Positions 1 through 11,176 of a stretch of DNA of 64,000 nt are shown piece after piece. Position numbers and translations under genes: made by a program. Location of the stretch: NCBI GenBank assembly GCA_963713605.1, contig CAVQMO010000003.1, positions 160,001 to 224,000 on the forward strand, written 5' to 3'. How positions within the stretch are numbered: position 1 is the first letter of the stretch; each line of letters starts with the position of its first letter. The notes under the pieces are model-generated. The model was not told the origin of the DNA, searched no databases, and saw only the letters and a program-made list of their open reading frames with translations. This stretch comes from an uncultured Nitrososphaerales archaeon (GTDB lineage: Archaea; Thermoproteota; Nitrososphaeria; Nitrososphaerales; Nitrososphaeraceae).

Positions 1-276
1 TTCCTTTACAACCAATAACCATAGCCGATCGAGACTTTAAAAGAATAAATCATGAATAAATACATTAAGTAACCAAGTTAATCTATTAAGAACAGTAAAT
101 AGGTTAAATGGTATAAAAAACTATTTCGAAGAAGTATAACAACCTAGAAAGCGCTGTGTAAGTGAATTACAATTGGAGGTCGATAATTTGACGATAATTA
201 AAGAAAGAAGAATTTTGTTAGATTCAACTTTGATAAATCTAATGTACTAACCTTAACTAGCACAAAGCACAAAGTC

Positions 277-768
277 TCATACTATCTCTATTGTTCCTTT
301 CATCTCTGGATGTATAGTACAATAATACTCAAAGGTACCCTTTTTATCTGCAAGAAAAGTAATTGTCTGAGTTTCAAAATATCCCAAGTCTCTAGTATGG
401 ACATTAAATTCATCGACGTTAAGGTTATGTTTTGAATGTGTTTCATAATCTTCATTTATAACATGCATTGATTGTAGGCTTCCTAAATTAAAAACATACT
501 TTGGATCTATATGAGGTCCTCCGCCTCCAGTGTTCCTCATTCCTTTCACTGCCCCACTTGCCTGGCTTAAATATTCGTAACCATTCGCCATAGAATGTGA
601 AGCTTTTATAAAGATATTCTCTGCAGGGAGTAGTACGGGTGAATTACCATTTACAGGTACAAGTGATCTAACCCCAAATGTTACCCCCAAGGTTATGACC
701 ACGCCTATAACAGCAATAATAATAACTAACCATTTCTTTGATATCTTGCTTTCTCTAGCATACTGCAT
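277..768 (-). CDS. Membrane-anchored cupredoxin (blue copper) domain protein
   Basis: N-terminal TM helix (WLVIIIAVIGVVITLGVTFGV) and type-1 Cu ligands HNL...YYCTIHPEM. The true start is probably ATG 768 (MQYARES); the upstream part of ORF 277..963 is an unrelated fragment. Confidence 0.85.
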   Translation of the reverse strand: MQYARESKISKKWLVIIIAVIGVVITLGVTFGVRSLVPVNGNSPVLLPAENIFIKASHSMANGYEYLSQASGAVKGMRNTGGGGPHIDPKYVFNLGSLQSMHVINEDYETHSKHNLNVDEFNVHTRDLGYFETQTITFLADKKGTFEYYCTIHPEMKGTIEIV

Positions 769-877
769 CTTACGCTTATTTTTGCTCTTTGTCGTAATAA
801 GGCTGAGTTTATATAATATATATGCAAGACTTAACCATGTTAATCGATCAGTAATCGCATAAATAATACACCCTTCC

Positions 878-1044
878 GGACGTCCTAACTCGTCACCATA
901 ATAAAAATGGTATACCGTGTGGTCATCTTGATTTACTGTTAGTTTTACTAGTCTTAGTCCCAAATCACCAGTGTAGAAATCTAGTTCTTCTGTGGATTGC
1001 TTGTTATTGCTGTAACATGATGTATCCCAAAAACGCCTTTATGC
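878..1044 (-). pseudogene. N-terminal fragment of a glyoxalase/VOC ring-cleavage dioxygenase
   Basis: Translates as GVFGIHHVTAITSNPQKN*DFYTGDLGLRLVKLTVNQDDHTVYHFYYGDELGRP, a typical MhqA/O-like VOC N-terminus with an internal stop, then truncated. Confidence 0.8.
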
Positions 1045-1110
1045 ACGCTATCGTTACTACTTGTCATCTAACTATTTCCTCATGCAGTTTATTTTGTACT
1101 TTCCCTAACC

Positions 1111-1229
1111 TTAATGCTTTCTAACCAGAATATTATTGTCTTCTACTTTTACTTCATAAATTGGAACTGCCAGCCGTGCTGGAGGCTTAGTTGGTTCGCC
1201 AGTCCTAACATCAAATTTTGAACCATGCC
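1111..1229 (-). pseudogene. C-terminal fragment of a Rieske-type ferredoxin
   Basis: HGSKFDVRTGEPTKPPARLAVPIYEVKVEDNNILVRKH*, paralogous to 3790..4118. Confidence 0.8.
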
Positions 1230-1421
1230 TTATGGATCGGTTTTGGATCTACGACTTAAATTGTAATACAAGAGCTGAGTCAGTTCTATCAATGATCATC
1301 TATTATTGTAATGCTTATCGCTGATAATGCTGAGCTTGTGCGCATGAACTCAAATAGACAGACTTTTTCATTTACTTATTTTGTATATATTATTACAGAC
1401 CAGACCTAGATTGACGCAAAA

Positions 1422-2645
1422 TTACAGAAAATTTAACAACTTATCTTTCCAGGTATTATCTGCTTTATGAGGAGGATCCAATTGTAACCAGTAATCGTAT
1501 GCATGTTTATACTTATTATACCAGTCTAGACAGTTCTTTTCTGTTTCCGTACTATTAGAATGCATTTTAACTACTTTAGCTCCTCCTCCTTCTTCTTTAA
1601 TTTGTGTTTCTTCCATACGTTTCATTTTAGAGAGGTATACTTCATTATTATCAATATTCTTCATGTATTCTTTTATTACGGGACTTTCTATGTTGTGCCA
1701 AATCAATATTCCATCTACGTTGCGAGATGCGATTGATAGTGTTGAGATCACAAGACGATCAGACGGAGGACTATAGTTTTGTCTAGTATAGTTGTGAGTA
1801 ATCGTTGGATATACAACATATTTCATAGGTTTATTATCAAAGAGTTCTCCAAAAAGATGTAATTGTGGTTCTAATGCAGACACATTATAATAGCAACCAC
1901 TTACTGCAATAATACCATCCACATAGTTTTGAAATTCGTCTACGACTACATTTGTCTTTTTACCTTCAAAGTATACAGTAGGAAAGAATTTTACATCTTC
2001 TCTCTTGTGCTTAAGCGCATCTATTAGATTTGAATAATCCATAAAATCAATGTTATACTCAAATTTTGTATCATTTCTTGTGCTAATCCAATTGAAATCG
2101 TCGATAGTAAATCCTTCAAATGAGTTGGGATGCCTCTGCTTGAGAGAATTGAAATAATTAATCCAACCATTCCAATCATAATTTCCATTTGGACCTCCTT
2201 CAGATGGTGGGAGTAGAATTATTATTATTTTCAGTTTGTTATCTAGATTTTCAGCTGACTGTAATAATGATTCCATCGAATCAATTAACCTAGAATTTTC
2301 AAAATCACTCATTACGAAATAGTACTCATCAAATCCTAGTGTAATAATGTCAGATATTGCTCTACTTTGGTTAATTCCTCTTAATTCTTCGAGAGTATGA
2401 TTACTATTAGAAATTGGGCCCCATACCCCGACCGTCTTATTAATTTCAATAATGGAATTCGAAAGATCTTCAAAAGAAGAGTTGGTTACTTCCGCTTTCC
2501 AATTTTGTTTTTTGAGAATCGGTTTGATATCATTATTATCTACTACGGAGGCCTTGACAAAAGTATTGTAAGTTGGATTGAAACTGAACAAAGTAATGAT
2601 AATTGCGATGGAGAGCACATACAAAAGGAGTAATTCAAATATCAA
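1422..2645 (-). CDS. Secreted/membrane-anchored hypothetical protein, possibly a glycoside-hydrolase-like TIM barrel
   Basis: 407-aa ORF with a hydrophobic N-terminus, an alternating beta/alpha pattern and an acidic motif FEGFTIDDF. The function is inferred only. Confidence 0.65.
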   Translation of the reverse strand: MIFELLLLYVLSIAIIITLFSFNPTYNTFVKASVVDNNDIKPILKKQNWKAEVTNSSFEDLSNSIIEINKTVGVWGPISNSNHTLEELRGINQSRAISDIITLGFDEYYFVMSDFENSRLIDSMESLLQSAENLDNKLKIIIILLPPSEGGPNGNYDWNGWINYFNSLKQRHPNSFEGFTIDDFNWISTRNDTKFEYNIDFMDYSNLIDALKHKREDVKFFPTVYFEGKKTNVVVDEFQNYVDGIIAVSGCYYNVSALEPQLHLFGELFDNKPMKYVVYPTITHNYTRQNYSPPSDRLVISTLSIASRNVDGILIWHNIESPVIKEYMKNIDNNEVYLSKMKRMEETQIKEEGGGAKVVKMHSNSTETEKNCLDWYNKYKHAYDYWLQLDPPHKADNTWKDKLLNFL

Positions 2646-2958
2646 GGATGTCTTCGTAACTAATTGTGTGGGTTCATATAATTCTTTTAAGTGTATGAAA
2701 TATCAAATATCAAAAGTAGTTTTGAATAAATAGATTTTTAGGATTAACCTTAGTAATTAGCGGATGTTATGTGGATAAGAACTATTATCTTGCCGTATAA
2801 ATCGATAAGGATTGAAAATGTAAATGCCTTATATAGTTGCGTTAAGGATTCCATATGGTAAACTTATCATTTATTAGGGTTGGCATATACTTATCTTAAA
2901 TAAAACGCTGACGCTTACAAATATGAGGAAATAGAAACTGTTACTTCAAAAGACTGAA

Positions 2959-3213
2959 ATGTCATACATCCAATATGTCAACGTGCTACATAGTAAAAAG
3001 ACTAAAGAAAAATACACTGAATTTCTAAACGCCTTCCTTACATACGCTGATATCGGCTGCGATGAGATATTGCAAATGGAGACTAAGCAAGTACAATCCC
3101 TGCTTATTCAATATATTATAGACATGCGGGATAAAATGAAATTGGCACCCAATTCAATGAAGGTTCGTCTAGCAGCAGTAAAGACATTTCTTCAACTCAG
3201 GCTTTATCACTAG
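2959..3213 (+). pseudogene. Tyrosine recombinase/integrase N-terminal (SAM-like) fragment
   Basis: SKKTKEKYTEFLNAFL...YIIDMRDKMKLAPNSMKVRLAAVKTFL, resembling an archaeal integrase core-binding domain. The catalytic domain is absent. Confidence 0.7.
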
Positions 3214-3448
3214 CACATGATAGGCTTACAATAATAAGATATGATTTCTTGTTTGTAATTCTTACGTCTTGATACTTCAGACTTCCAGTCCCTAAACGTT
3301 ACATGGTACAATGTCCCAAATATGGTACCCAGAATCAGGCATGTTGATTAAAAATTCTGAGAGATAACTTGTAAGGGCAAATGCCAACCACACAGGCGTT
3401 GATTATCATCTAAAACCTTACATATGATTTCATAACTAACGCAATTAT

Positions 3449-3760
3449 ATGAGCCATTTTCTTTACAAGCTTATTTCTCCTCGTTCAACCTTCCCTCAAG
3501 ACATGACAAGAGGAGAAATGAAAGTGATGCAAGAACATCTTACATACTGGAAGGAATTAACTTACAAGAATTTCGTGGTCATCTTTGGGCCTGTTGCTGA
3601 TCCAAATGGAATATATGGTTTGGCGATTGTTGAAGCTGATGATGAAGCAGTTGTCAATGGCTTTGGCATAAATGATCCCGCAATAAAGGCAGATCTAGGC
3701 TTTAGATTCGAGGTTTTTCCTATGCTCCAGCCTATCTTGAGAGAGAAGAATTACCTTTAG
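3449..3760 (+). CDS. YciI family protein
   Basis: MQEHLTYW...FGPVADPNGIYGLAIVEA...NDPAIK matches the YCII-related pattern. Confidence 0.85.
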   Translation: MSHFLYKLISPRSTFPQDMTRGEMKVMQEHLTYWKELTYKNFVVIFGPVADPNGIYGLAIVEADDEAVVNGFGINDPAIKADLGFRFEVFPMLQPILREKNYL

Positions 3761-3789
3761 CATTTAGTTCCTTTCTAATGTTATGAGAG

Positions 3790-4118
3790 GTGTCAGAAGT
3801 GAATAACAATTTTGTAAGGGTTGCAGAAGCAAAAGACATTAAACCATCTGAAATGCTTGCAGTTGAAGTAGAACATGAGGAGAGTGTTTGCATTGCTAAT
3901 ATTGATGGAAAGTACTACGCAATTGGAAATGTTTATACCATGAGGGTGGTCCTCTTGCAGATGGAGCACTTGACGGTTATGAAGTCGAATGTCCATGGCA
4001 TGGTTCCAAATTTGATATTAGGACAGGTAAAGTAACAAATCCTCCAGCTAGCGAGCCAGAGTAAATCTATGATGTTAAGGTTGATGATAATAGCATACTA
4101 ATTAGAAAGCACCAATGA
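3790..4118 (+). pseudogene. Rieske [2Fe-2S] ferredoxin, disrupted
   Basis: YYAIGNV(Y)T, then a frameshift to HEGGPLADGALDGYEVECPWHGSKFDIRTG. The first Cys ligand is mutated and there is a later internal stop. Confidence 0.8.
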
Positions 4119-4369
4119 GTAATAATTCTAAAAGTAGCCCCGAGGAAAAGAATAACATTCACACGTGATAGATACTCAACAGCTTAAGAAACAGGGATTC
4201 CAGGTGATTTTGGAGGCAACACCAAGATACTATTCGACTTGGCGAAGTGCAGTTCCGGTACATGCACTGAGATTGGTACCAGAGCTGTAAATATATGGAC
4301 TAACACCCTAGCCTCATATCTTCTATAAATATTACTGTCATAATAACAACTTGTAATGATGTATTGCAT

Positions 4370-4583
4370 ATGACTAACAAGGAAATATTAGTTATTGGTG
4401 GTGTTGCTGCCGGTACAAGTGCGGCATCAAAAGCTAAAAGAATTGATCCTGATGCTGATGTAAAGATAATTCAGGATGAAAAAGGAGGTCTCATATGGTG
4501 CTTGTGGAATGCCATATGTCATTGAAGGTATAGTAAAGGAGTTTCACGATCTAATAGAAAGACCAGCAGATGTATTCAACTAA
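4370..4583 (+). pseudogene. N-terminal fragment of a CoA-disulfide reductase/NADH oxidase family protein
   Basis: MTNKEILVIGGVAAGTSAASKAKRIDPDA, then a frameshift to VSYGACGMPY (redox Cys motif), then truncated. Confidence 0.8.
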
Positions 4584-4970
4584 GTTAGGAAGAACTCCTA
4601 CTCTTTTACTACTATAACTGCATGCAGTATCAGTTTTTTATAGCTATCTACTGTTCAAGGTATAGGGAAGGGGACTTCTAATCTTGACTCTCAAACTCAA
4701 GCAGCGCGGGATTCAGAAAAAAGTTTTGACAAGCGTGATAGCGAACTCCTGTATCGAAGCCACAATTCGTTACATGTAACGGCGCGAAGTTTGGCTACTA
4801 TTATTAAGGATGCACCTGCTGCGTTCAGTCATGAAGGCATGCATGCTCTGCTTGAAACAAATGGACCATAATTTGCACATGCTATTTTGACCACAAAAGA
4901 GTTGCTACGCTCGTTGCCTACTCAACAAGGAAACCACTTTGCTTAATAATGAGCACAATACTTTACTCTT

Positions 4971-5832
4971 ATGCGTAATAATACAGAAGCGCGCAAATTT
5001 AGATTCAACCAAAATGCCTTAATTTTATTGTGCTTGAGTGCTGTGGTCACTGCAGCTGGACTTGCATCAACTTTATCTTTGGGTTCGGCCACTCCAGAGA
5101 ATAAAACATTAATGCAACCTCAGGGAACACAAGTTATGTCAAATACTACTAGTAATGCCATAAATGTAGTTTTAGTCCATGGTGGGTGGGCTGATGGATC
5201 TGGATGGTACAAACAAATCCCTATTCTGGAAAAAGCAGGACACAAGGTTATCGCTGTTCAACTTCCTCTTCATTCCTTGGCTGACGATGTCGAAACTGTA
5301 AAACGCGCTATTTCGCATATTGGTGGACCAGTGACCCTTGTAGGCCATTCGTATGGCGGAGCGGTAATCACGAATGCTGCGTTATAATAATCCTAACGTC
5401 ACAGGGCTCGTCTATATTGCTGCCTTTGCTCCAGATGAAGGCCAATCGTTGTCGACTTTCGTCAATCCAGCGGACTTCCCGAAGGAACTCTTCATGCCTG
5501 ACAGTGGTGGGTTTATCTACTTAAATCCAAAAATATTCAGAGAGAATTTTGCTCAAGACGTTGATCCTGCTGAGGCCAACATTATGGCAATTACACAGAA
5601 GCCTTTCCATCAATCGAACTTTGTTGCACCATCAGGTCCTCCCGCATGGAAAGAATTACCAACCTGGTATCAAATTTCTGAGTCAGATCATATGATACCT
5701 CCAGATGTCCAGCATACATTCGCTGAACAAATGAATGCTACCACTCTGTCGCTTAACGCCAGCCACGCATCATATGTGTCACATCCAAATGAAATTGCCG
5801 ACTTCATCCTTAATGCAACAAAAGGAAAGTAA
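4971..5832 (+). CDS. Secreted alpha/beta hydrolase, split by a +1 frameshift near 5382
   Basis: Signal peptide, VLVHGGW, nucleophile GHSYGG, D (ESDHMIP) and H (ASHAS). ORFs 4971..5387 and 5374..5832 are consecutive halves. Confidence 0.85.
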
Positions 5833-6342
5833 TTGGTGAAAAATCAATCGGTTAAGAACTTCTTTTTTTTACTTTATTTCTGAGATAGTTAATACAAAAG
5901 TCGACCAACACTATTTCAGTTTCTTATAAAAGGATAGAGATTGGTCCGAGGTCGTGTGCAGATTAGCCGGCTAACTCTAGCTGTTTAGACTATTATTAGG
6001 AAAGTTAACCTTACAATAGTAGAATGTGTACAGGTTCTCTGTCGCACTATCTTCTACTATGATTAATTGTAACTACATGATCTATTGTCAAAAGGATCTT
6101 AAATGCTAGATTCAATATTGTTACAACCTGACAAAATCGGCCTAGATAGGACGACTAATCAGCCTTTCTCTAACCCGGCCGTCCTATTTCTTTTCACATA
6201 TTCGAGAAATAGCTGTAATAGGCTGAAATTCTTGTACGAATCGATTAGAATTTCTTAGGGTACCTTTCAGAATTCTGGCATAGGATGATGCAAATCCCCA
6301 GAATTCGACAATAATTTATGAATTACATTATATACTACATAC

Positions 6343-6492
6343 TTGAATGATTTTATTGAACATGCATTGAAAAACTGTAGCAAGTGCTTTAAAAAACTTA
6401 CTCCTGCCGAGACTGACCTATTCGTTGAGGATGAAAATACAATCTGCAGAGATTGTTGGGTCAACCAAGTTTTTGAACAGGTTTCAGCCTAA
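6343..6492 (+). CDS. 49-aa zinc-finger microprotein (CxxC...CxxC)
   Basis: TTG start; MNDFIEHALKNCSKCFKKLTPAETDLFVEDENTICRDCWVNQVFEQVSA*. Below the ORF-track cutoff. Confidence 0.6.
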   Translation: MNDFIEHALKNCSKCFKKLTPAETDLFVEDENTICRDCWVNQVFEQVSA

Positions 6493-7566
6493 AGCTTCTT
6501 TTTTGTTACTAGTTCAATATAACTAAAGTCCAGAGTGCGTCTACCTTTCCTTGTCATCAATGAAATCTTGTAAAGCTTGAACTGTCTTTTCTAATTCATA
6601 TACACGCTTTGTAAGGTTACTTATCAAGTTCATCGTATTCTCATGTTCTATGAACCAGATTGACTAATCAACGACCTAACCTTATCTTTTCAATACTAAT
6701 TTCGGTAATAGTGATCTGGATACTTGTTAGACAAAGATAAGTTAGATAAATAACAAGACTTGAGGTGTCCAGAAAACATATATTTATCAGACTTAAAATT
6801 TGCAATTCTTCTATTTAGGATTCTCGACAATTAAGATCTAAACAGAGCCAAAGGTGATACTTCCCAACGCTTCAGAGTTTTTCCTCTTAGGCAACAACAT
6901 TAGGAATTTCCTGCAGATACGATTCAATAGTCAAGAAATATATGGAATAGTCACTTCGTCTGTTGACATGAATGGGAATCCGATTTTTAGGTCAAAGATA
7001 TAATAACATAATAACGTGTTCAGCTCTTATCAGAAGGGGGTGGGAAAGAATGAGGCGACAATATTTTGTCTTAACTCTGATAGTTAAAGTCGTCCAGTGT
7101 CGACAACAGATTGGCCATATTTTAGATAGTGCGTTGATCAACAGCAGAAGCTTGCACCGAATGGCTAATTCCATGATTAATGATGCCTTTATTTCGGACA
7201 GCAGATACCGAGCTAGATAGGTTTAGGTTGGAAAATAAGAAAGATTGTTGTCATCACACTCTTACATAGAAAGCAGACAAGCTATCAAATCCAATTGCAA
7301 TAATTGGGCCAATTAAGTATTCGAAACCAATGTTGAACAAGATTTCGAATGAATCAAGGAATGAAAATGGATAATGTCGTCACGCTGTTTACCTTCTACT
7401 GATGATAAAGTTCAAGATCAGTGTACCAAGTCGTAGAATCTAGATTGCCCGAATACTTCTTTATTTGCAAATCTAGAAATTACATAGGACTAAACTGTAT
7501 TTATAGTCATAATCACTACCTTATATACCATATTATCATAAGGATCAAACCAATTCTTACAAAAGC

Positions 7567-8929
7567 TTACCTCAGTGACGTGAAGAATACTTGTTTTTTA
7601 CCATTTGCATCATTTGACCATACTGCAAATACTCTGCCGTCATTCGAAGAAGCAATATCTGGGTCGGTAGAATTGTCATTGGGGTTGCTTAAGTTTATAG
7701 TATCACCAAAGCTAGCTCCACCATCTGTACTATTTCTTGATAAGATATCATTTAAGCTTACTATTGCTGACCTGATCCTGCCATATAATGAATACGCTTG
7801 ATGTGTTAGTGACACTAGTTTCAGGATTCATGGAATTACCTCTACTATTGCTTACATTAATCGTATCACCAAAACTGGCCCCATCATCAGTACTTCTTTT
7901 GAAGAATATATCGTCACCCTTTGCTTTCTGATTTTGCCAGACTACGAATACGTACGGAGTAGATATACTAAATTCAGGCCTTATTGAAGCTCCCGTATTA
8001 TTGCTTAAGTTTATAGTATCACCAAAGCTAGCCCCACTATCTGTACTCCTTCTATAATAGACTTCGCCATTATTGAATGGACCTTCAGACCATGCAGTAT
8101 AAACATTCTCAGTTAACAGTGCTAAGCTTGGTAATGTAGAATGAGTGTTGTGGCTGTTGCTCAGGTTTATAGTATCACCAAAGCTAGCCCCACCATCTGT
8201 AATTCTTCTGAAGAATATGTCGGTGAGATTACTGTCGAAATCACCTTGTGACCAGACTACGTAAACACTGGATTTATCTGAAGCAACTTGCGGTTCGATT
8301 GCGTCTTGGTTTTTAGCGGTATTGTTACTTAAAGTCAGCTGCTCAGACAGACCTGTCTCAAAGCTAGCCCCACTATCTGTACTTCTTTTAAAGTATATTT
8401 GTTCTGTTCCTGTGCTATCATCCCTCCATACTACAAAGATATTCTCATTATTTGATGACGCAATATATGGATCAGTAGAATCTCCTGTATTATTACTCAA
8501 GTTTATAGTATCACCAAAGCTAGCCCCACTATCTGTACTTCTTTTGAAGAGTATTTCTGATGTGCCATTAACTCCTTGAGTCTCATCTTGCCATACCACA
8601 TACATGGTATCATTTGTTGGAATATTCACCTGATAGTTGTATGAATCTCCCAAATTATTACTCAAGTTTATAATATCACCAAAGCTAGCCCCACTATCTG
8701 TACTTCTTTTAAAGTAGATATCATCGTTACCTATTGTAAGATCCATCCAAAAAACATAGACGATATTATCAACAGAAAAGACTTGAGCATTATGTGCATC
8801 TGTTTGGTTCGGGCTCAGATTCAGATGTTTGTCTATGGGTACGGCATTTGCATGAATTAATAGTGAAGAGACATTAAATGATACTACTAAATAAAACGTA
8901 ATTGCAATTAATGGTATCTTTCTTGCCAA
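7567..8929 (-). CDS. Secreted Asp-box/BNR repeat (sialidase-like beta-propeller) protein, +1 frameshift near 7755
   Basis: Signal peptide and seven repeats of YVVW...IxFKRSTDxGASFGDTINLSNN. The last repeat is in ORF 7567..7815. Confidence 0.85.
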
Positions 8930-9193
8930 TTTCTCTCAGACTACTTTTTGAGTCAAAATATTATATGATCTTTACGTATATATGTCTATTATTTAGTGCA
9001 ATTCGGTACCATTTGCACGACTTTTTTTAAACCGACCGAATTTTTCCAATAATGACGTAATTTATTCCAACATACACTTGTCGTTTAATCTCTAATTACT
9101 GCTCGAAAGTGCTTCTTTATGTCTGATATCGCTCAAAGCACTTCAGATACAGTTCAGTAAAAAGAATTTAACATACGCTATGAAATAGAGTCT

Positions 9194-11176
9194 ATGAAAG
9201 GGATAACTGAAATTAGGGTTGACTTTTCGCTAAAAAGGGAAGTATTCTACATTGTAATAGGCTCGATAGTAGGAGCAATATTTATGATACTCGCAAAGAT
9301 GATCCTGGATTCCCAGACAGGGATTCCGTACGATATCACATGGATAGCATTCGGGCATCTTCTAGGAGTTTTTTCGCCGACCGCATCTGCAATCCTTGCA
9401 GGGATAACAATTCATATGATTACTGCTCTCTCAATCGGAATTGCGATAGGTGTATTCCTTTACAAAACTAATATCCTGATCATAAGCAAGTTATCAAACG
9501 GCGTTTTATACGGGCTCTTTGCTGGTAGTGTTGTATATATTATCTTCTTTATTCCGGTGTATGAATCGGTATTGACACATGAGATTGCTAGTACCCTGAA
9601 CACAGTTGGGGACGTAGAATATGCTACGGAATATCTTGAGAGGAATTTCTTTACAATAATGATTGGTTGGCTCATAATACATCTAGTTTATGGAGTTATA
9701 TTAGGGACGGTTTCATCACTATTGTCAATTAGGTTTGGAAGCAGATACAGATGTTCAAAGTGCGACATTTCATTTTCAAGGATCGATTCATACCAGAAGC
9801 ATATTAAATTAGTACACGGAGACATTCCCATTCAACAGACAAGAATACTAATTTTAGGAGGGGGATTTGCAGGTATACAGGTCTTGATGCAATTGCAAGA
9901 AGCGTTTCAAAATAACATCGGCGTAGATCTAACACTCGTGAGTAGAGACAATTTCTTTCTCTTCACTCCGATGCTCCCTGAGGTATCTTCAGGAATGATA
10001 GAAACAAGAAATATAGTAACACCAGTAAGGGCATTCTGTAATAGAGCAAGGTTTTATGAGGCTGGTATTGACGCAATAGATCTCAAAAATAAGGAGATAG
10101 CCATTAGCCATGCTCTCGGAAGGCAAAGTAATCCTATTGGTCGAAGAAGTCATAATCTGAAGTTCGATTATCTTGTTATTGCTCTGGGAAATGAAACCAA
10201 CTTCTTTGATATTGAAGATGTAACTAAGAACTCTTTTACAATAAAGACATTAGGAGATGCAATAGTCTTGAGGAACCATGTAATAAATATGTTAGAGCAA
10301 GCCGATATAGAACACGAGGATGCCGATCTTAGAAAGAATCTAATGACATTTGTAGTAGCGGGAGGTGGATTCTCTGGAGTTGAAACCGTTGGTGAATTAA
10401 ATGATTTCATACGTGAGTCCATCAAACAATTTTATCACAACATTAATGAAGCGGATGCAAGGATAGTTCTCGTTAGCTCCGGTCAAAGAATCCTACCAGA
10501 AGTAACTGAAGATCTGTCAGAATTTGCATTAAATAAAATAAGAAAAAGTGGAGTGGAAGTACTTCTCAATACACGTCTTCAAGCAGCTGATACTAATAAT
10601 GTTAAGTTAAGTGACGGCTCCATCATATCATGTAATACACTTGTATGGGCGGCCGGTAACAAACCCGATAATCTGATCAGAAATCTACCCTGTGAACATG
10701 ATAAAGGAGGAAGAGTCTTAACCAATAAATATCTTGAAGTTCAAGGACATGAATTTGTCTTTTCGCTTGGCGACTGTGCGTGTATAATTGATCATAATAC
10801 AGGTAAACCTTACCCACCGACGGCACAACATGCTTTAAAGCAAGGACGAATAGCAGCTCACAATATAGTGTATTCAGTTAGGACTGAGTCTGCACTAAAG
10901 GCAAATCATGATAAGAAAGGCAAGAAAGTATTCGATTATAAGACAAGAGGTGTGATGGCATTAATAGGAAGGCGTAATGGTGTTGGGGTACTATTTGGTC
11001 TCCGAGTGCACGGTTTCATTGGTTGGTGCGTCTGGCGGCTTTATTACCTGTCTACACTTCCTACTAAGCAAAAGAAATTAAGGGTGATGGTCGATTGGTT
11101 TATTGATCTGTTCTTCAAACGTGACGTAACTAGGCTTAAAATATCCTATGAAGAACGAAATTCATGGAACGGCTAG
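9194..11176 (+). CDS. Type II NAD(P)H:quinone oxidoreductase (NDH-2) fused to an N-terminal membrane domain and a C2H2 zinc finger
   Basis: About 4 hydrophobic helices; YRCSKCDISFSRIDSYQKHIKLVH; ILILGGGFAG, FLFTPMLPEV, VVAGGGFSGVE, GDCA, PPTAQHALKQG and a C-terminal WCVWRLYYL...WFIDLFF. Confidence 0.9.
   Translation: MKGITEIRVDFSLKREVFYIVIGSIVGAIFMILAKMILDSQTGIPYDITWIAFGHLLGVFSPTASAILAGITIHMITALSIGIAIGVFLYKTNILIISKLSNGVLYGLFAGSVVYIIFFIPVYESVLTHEIASTLNTVGDVEYATEYLERNFFTIMIGWLIIHLVYGVILGTVSSLLSIRFGSRYRCSKCDISFSRIDSYQKHIKLVHGDIPIQQTRILILGGGFAGIQVLMQLQEAFQNNIGVDLTLVSRDNFFLFTPMLPEVSSGMIETRNIVTPVRAFCNRARFYEAGIDAIDLKNKEIAISHALGRQSNPIGRRSHNLKFDYLVIALGNETNFFDIEDVTKNSFTIKTLGDAIVLRNHVINMLEQADIEHEDADLRKNLMTFVVAGGGFSGVETVGELNDFIRESIKQFYHNINEADARIVLVSSGQRILPEVTEDLSEFALNKIRKSGVEVLLNTRLQAADTNNVKLSDGSIISCNTLVWAAGNKPDNLIRNLPCEHDKGGRVLTNKYLEVQGHEFVFSLGDCACIIDHNTGKPYPPTAQHALKQGRIAAHNIVYSVRTESALKANHDKKGKKVFDYKTRGVMALIGRRNGVGVLFGLRVHGFIGWCVWRLYYLSTLPTKQKKLRVMVDWFIDLFFKRDVTRLKISYEERNSWNG

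Noticed and set aside
277..963. 228-aa glyoxalase-cupredoxin fusion ORF
   Set aside because: The VOC part is a truncated remnant with an upstream in-frame stop, and the linker looks like AT-rich promoter DNA. It is probably a chance in-frame join.
3288..3330. GTCCC(T/A)AA...ATGGTAC tandem motif after the integrase remnant, similar to AAATGTCCC x2 at 53978-54000, as integrase arm sites
   Set aside because: Too short and degenerate to distinguish from chance without a genome-wide count.
7690..8712. CRISPR-like regularly spaced 25-45 bp repeats
   Set aside because: Spacing is about 155-200 bp, the repeats are in-frame Asp-box coding units and no cas genes are present.
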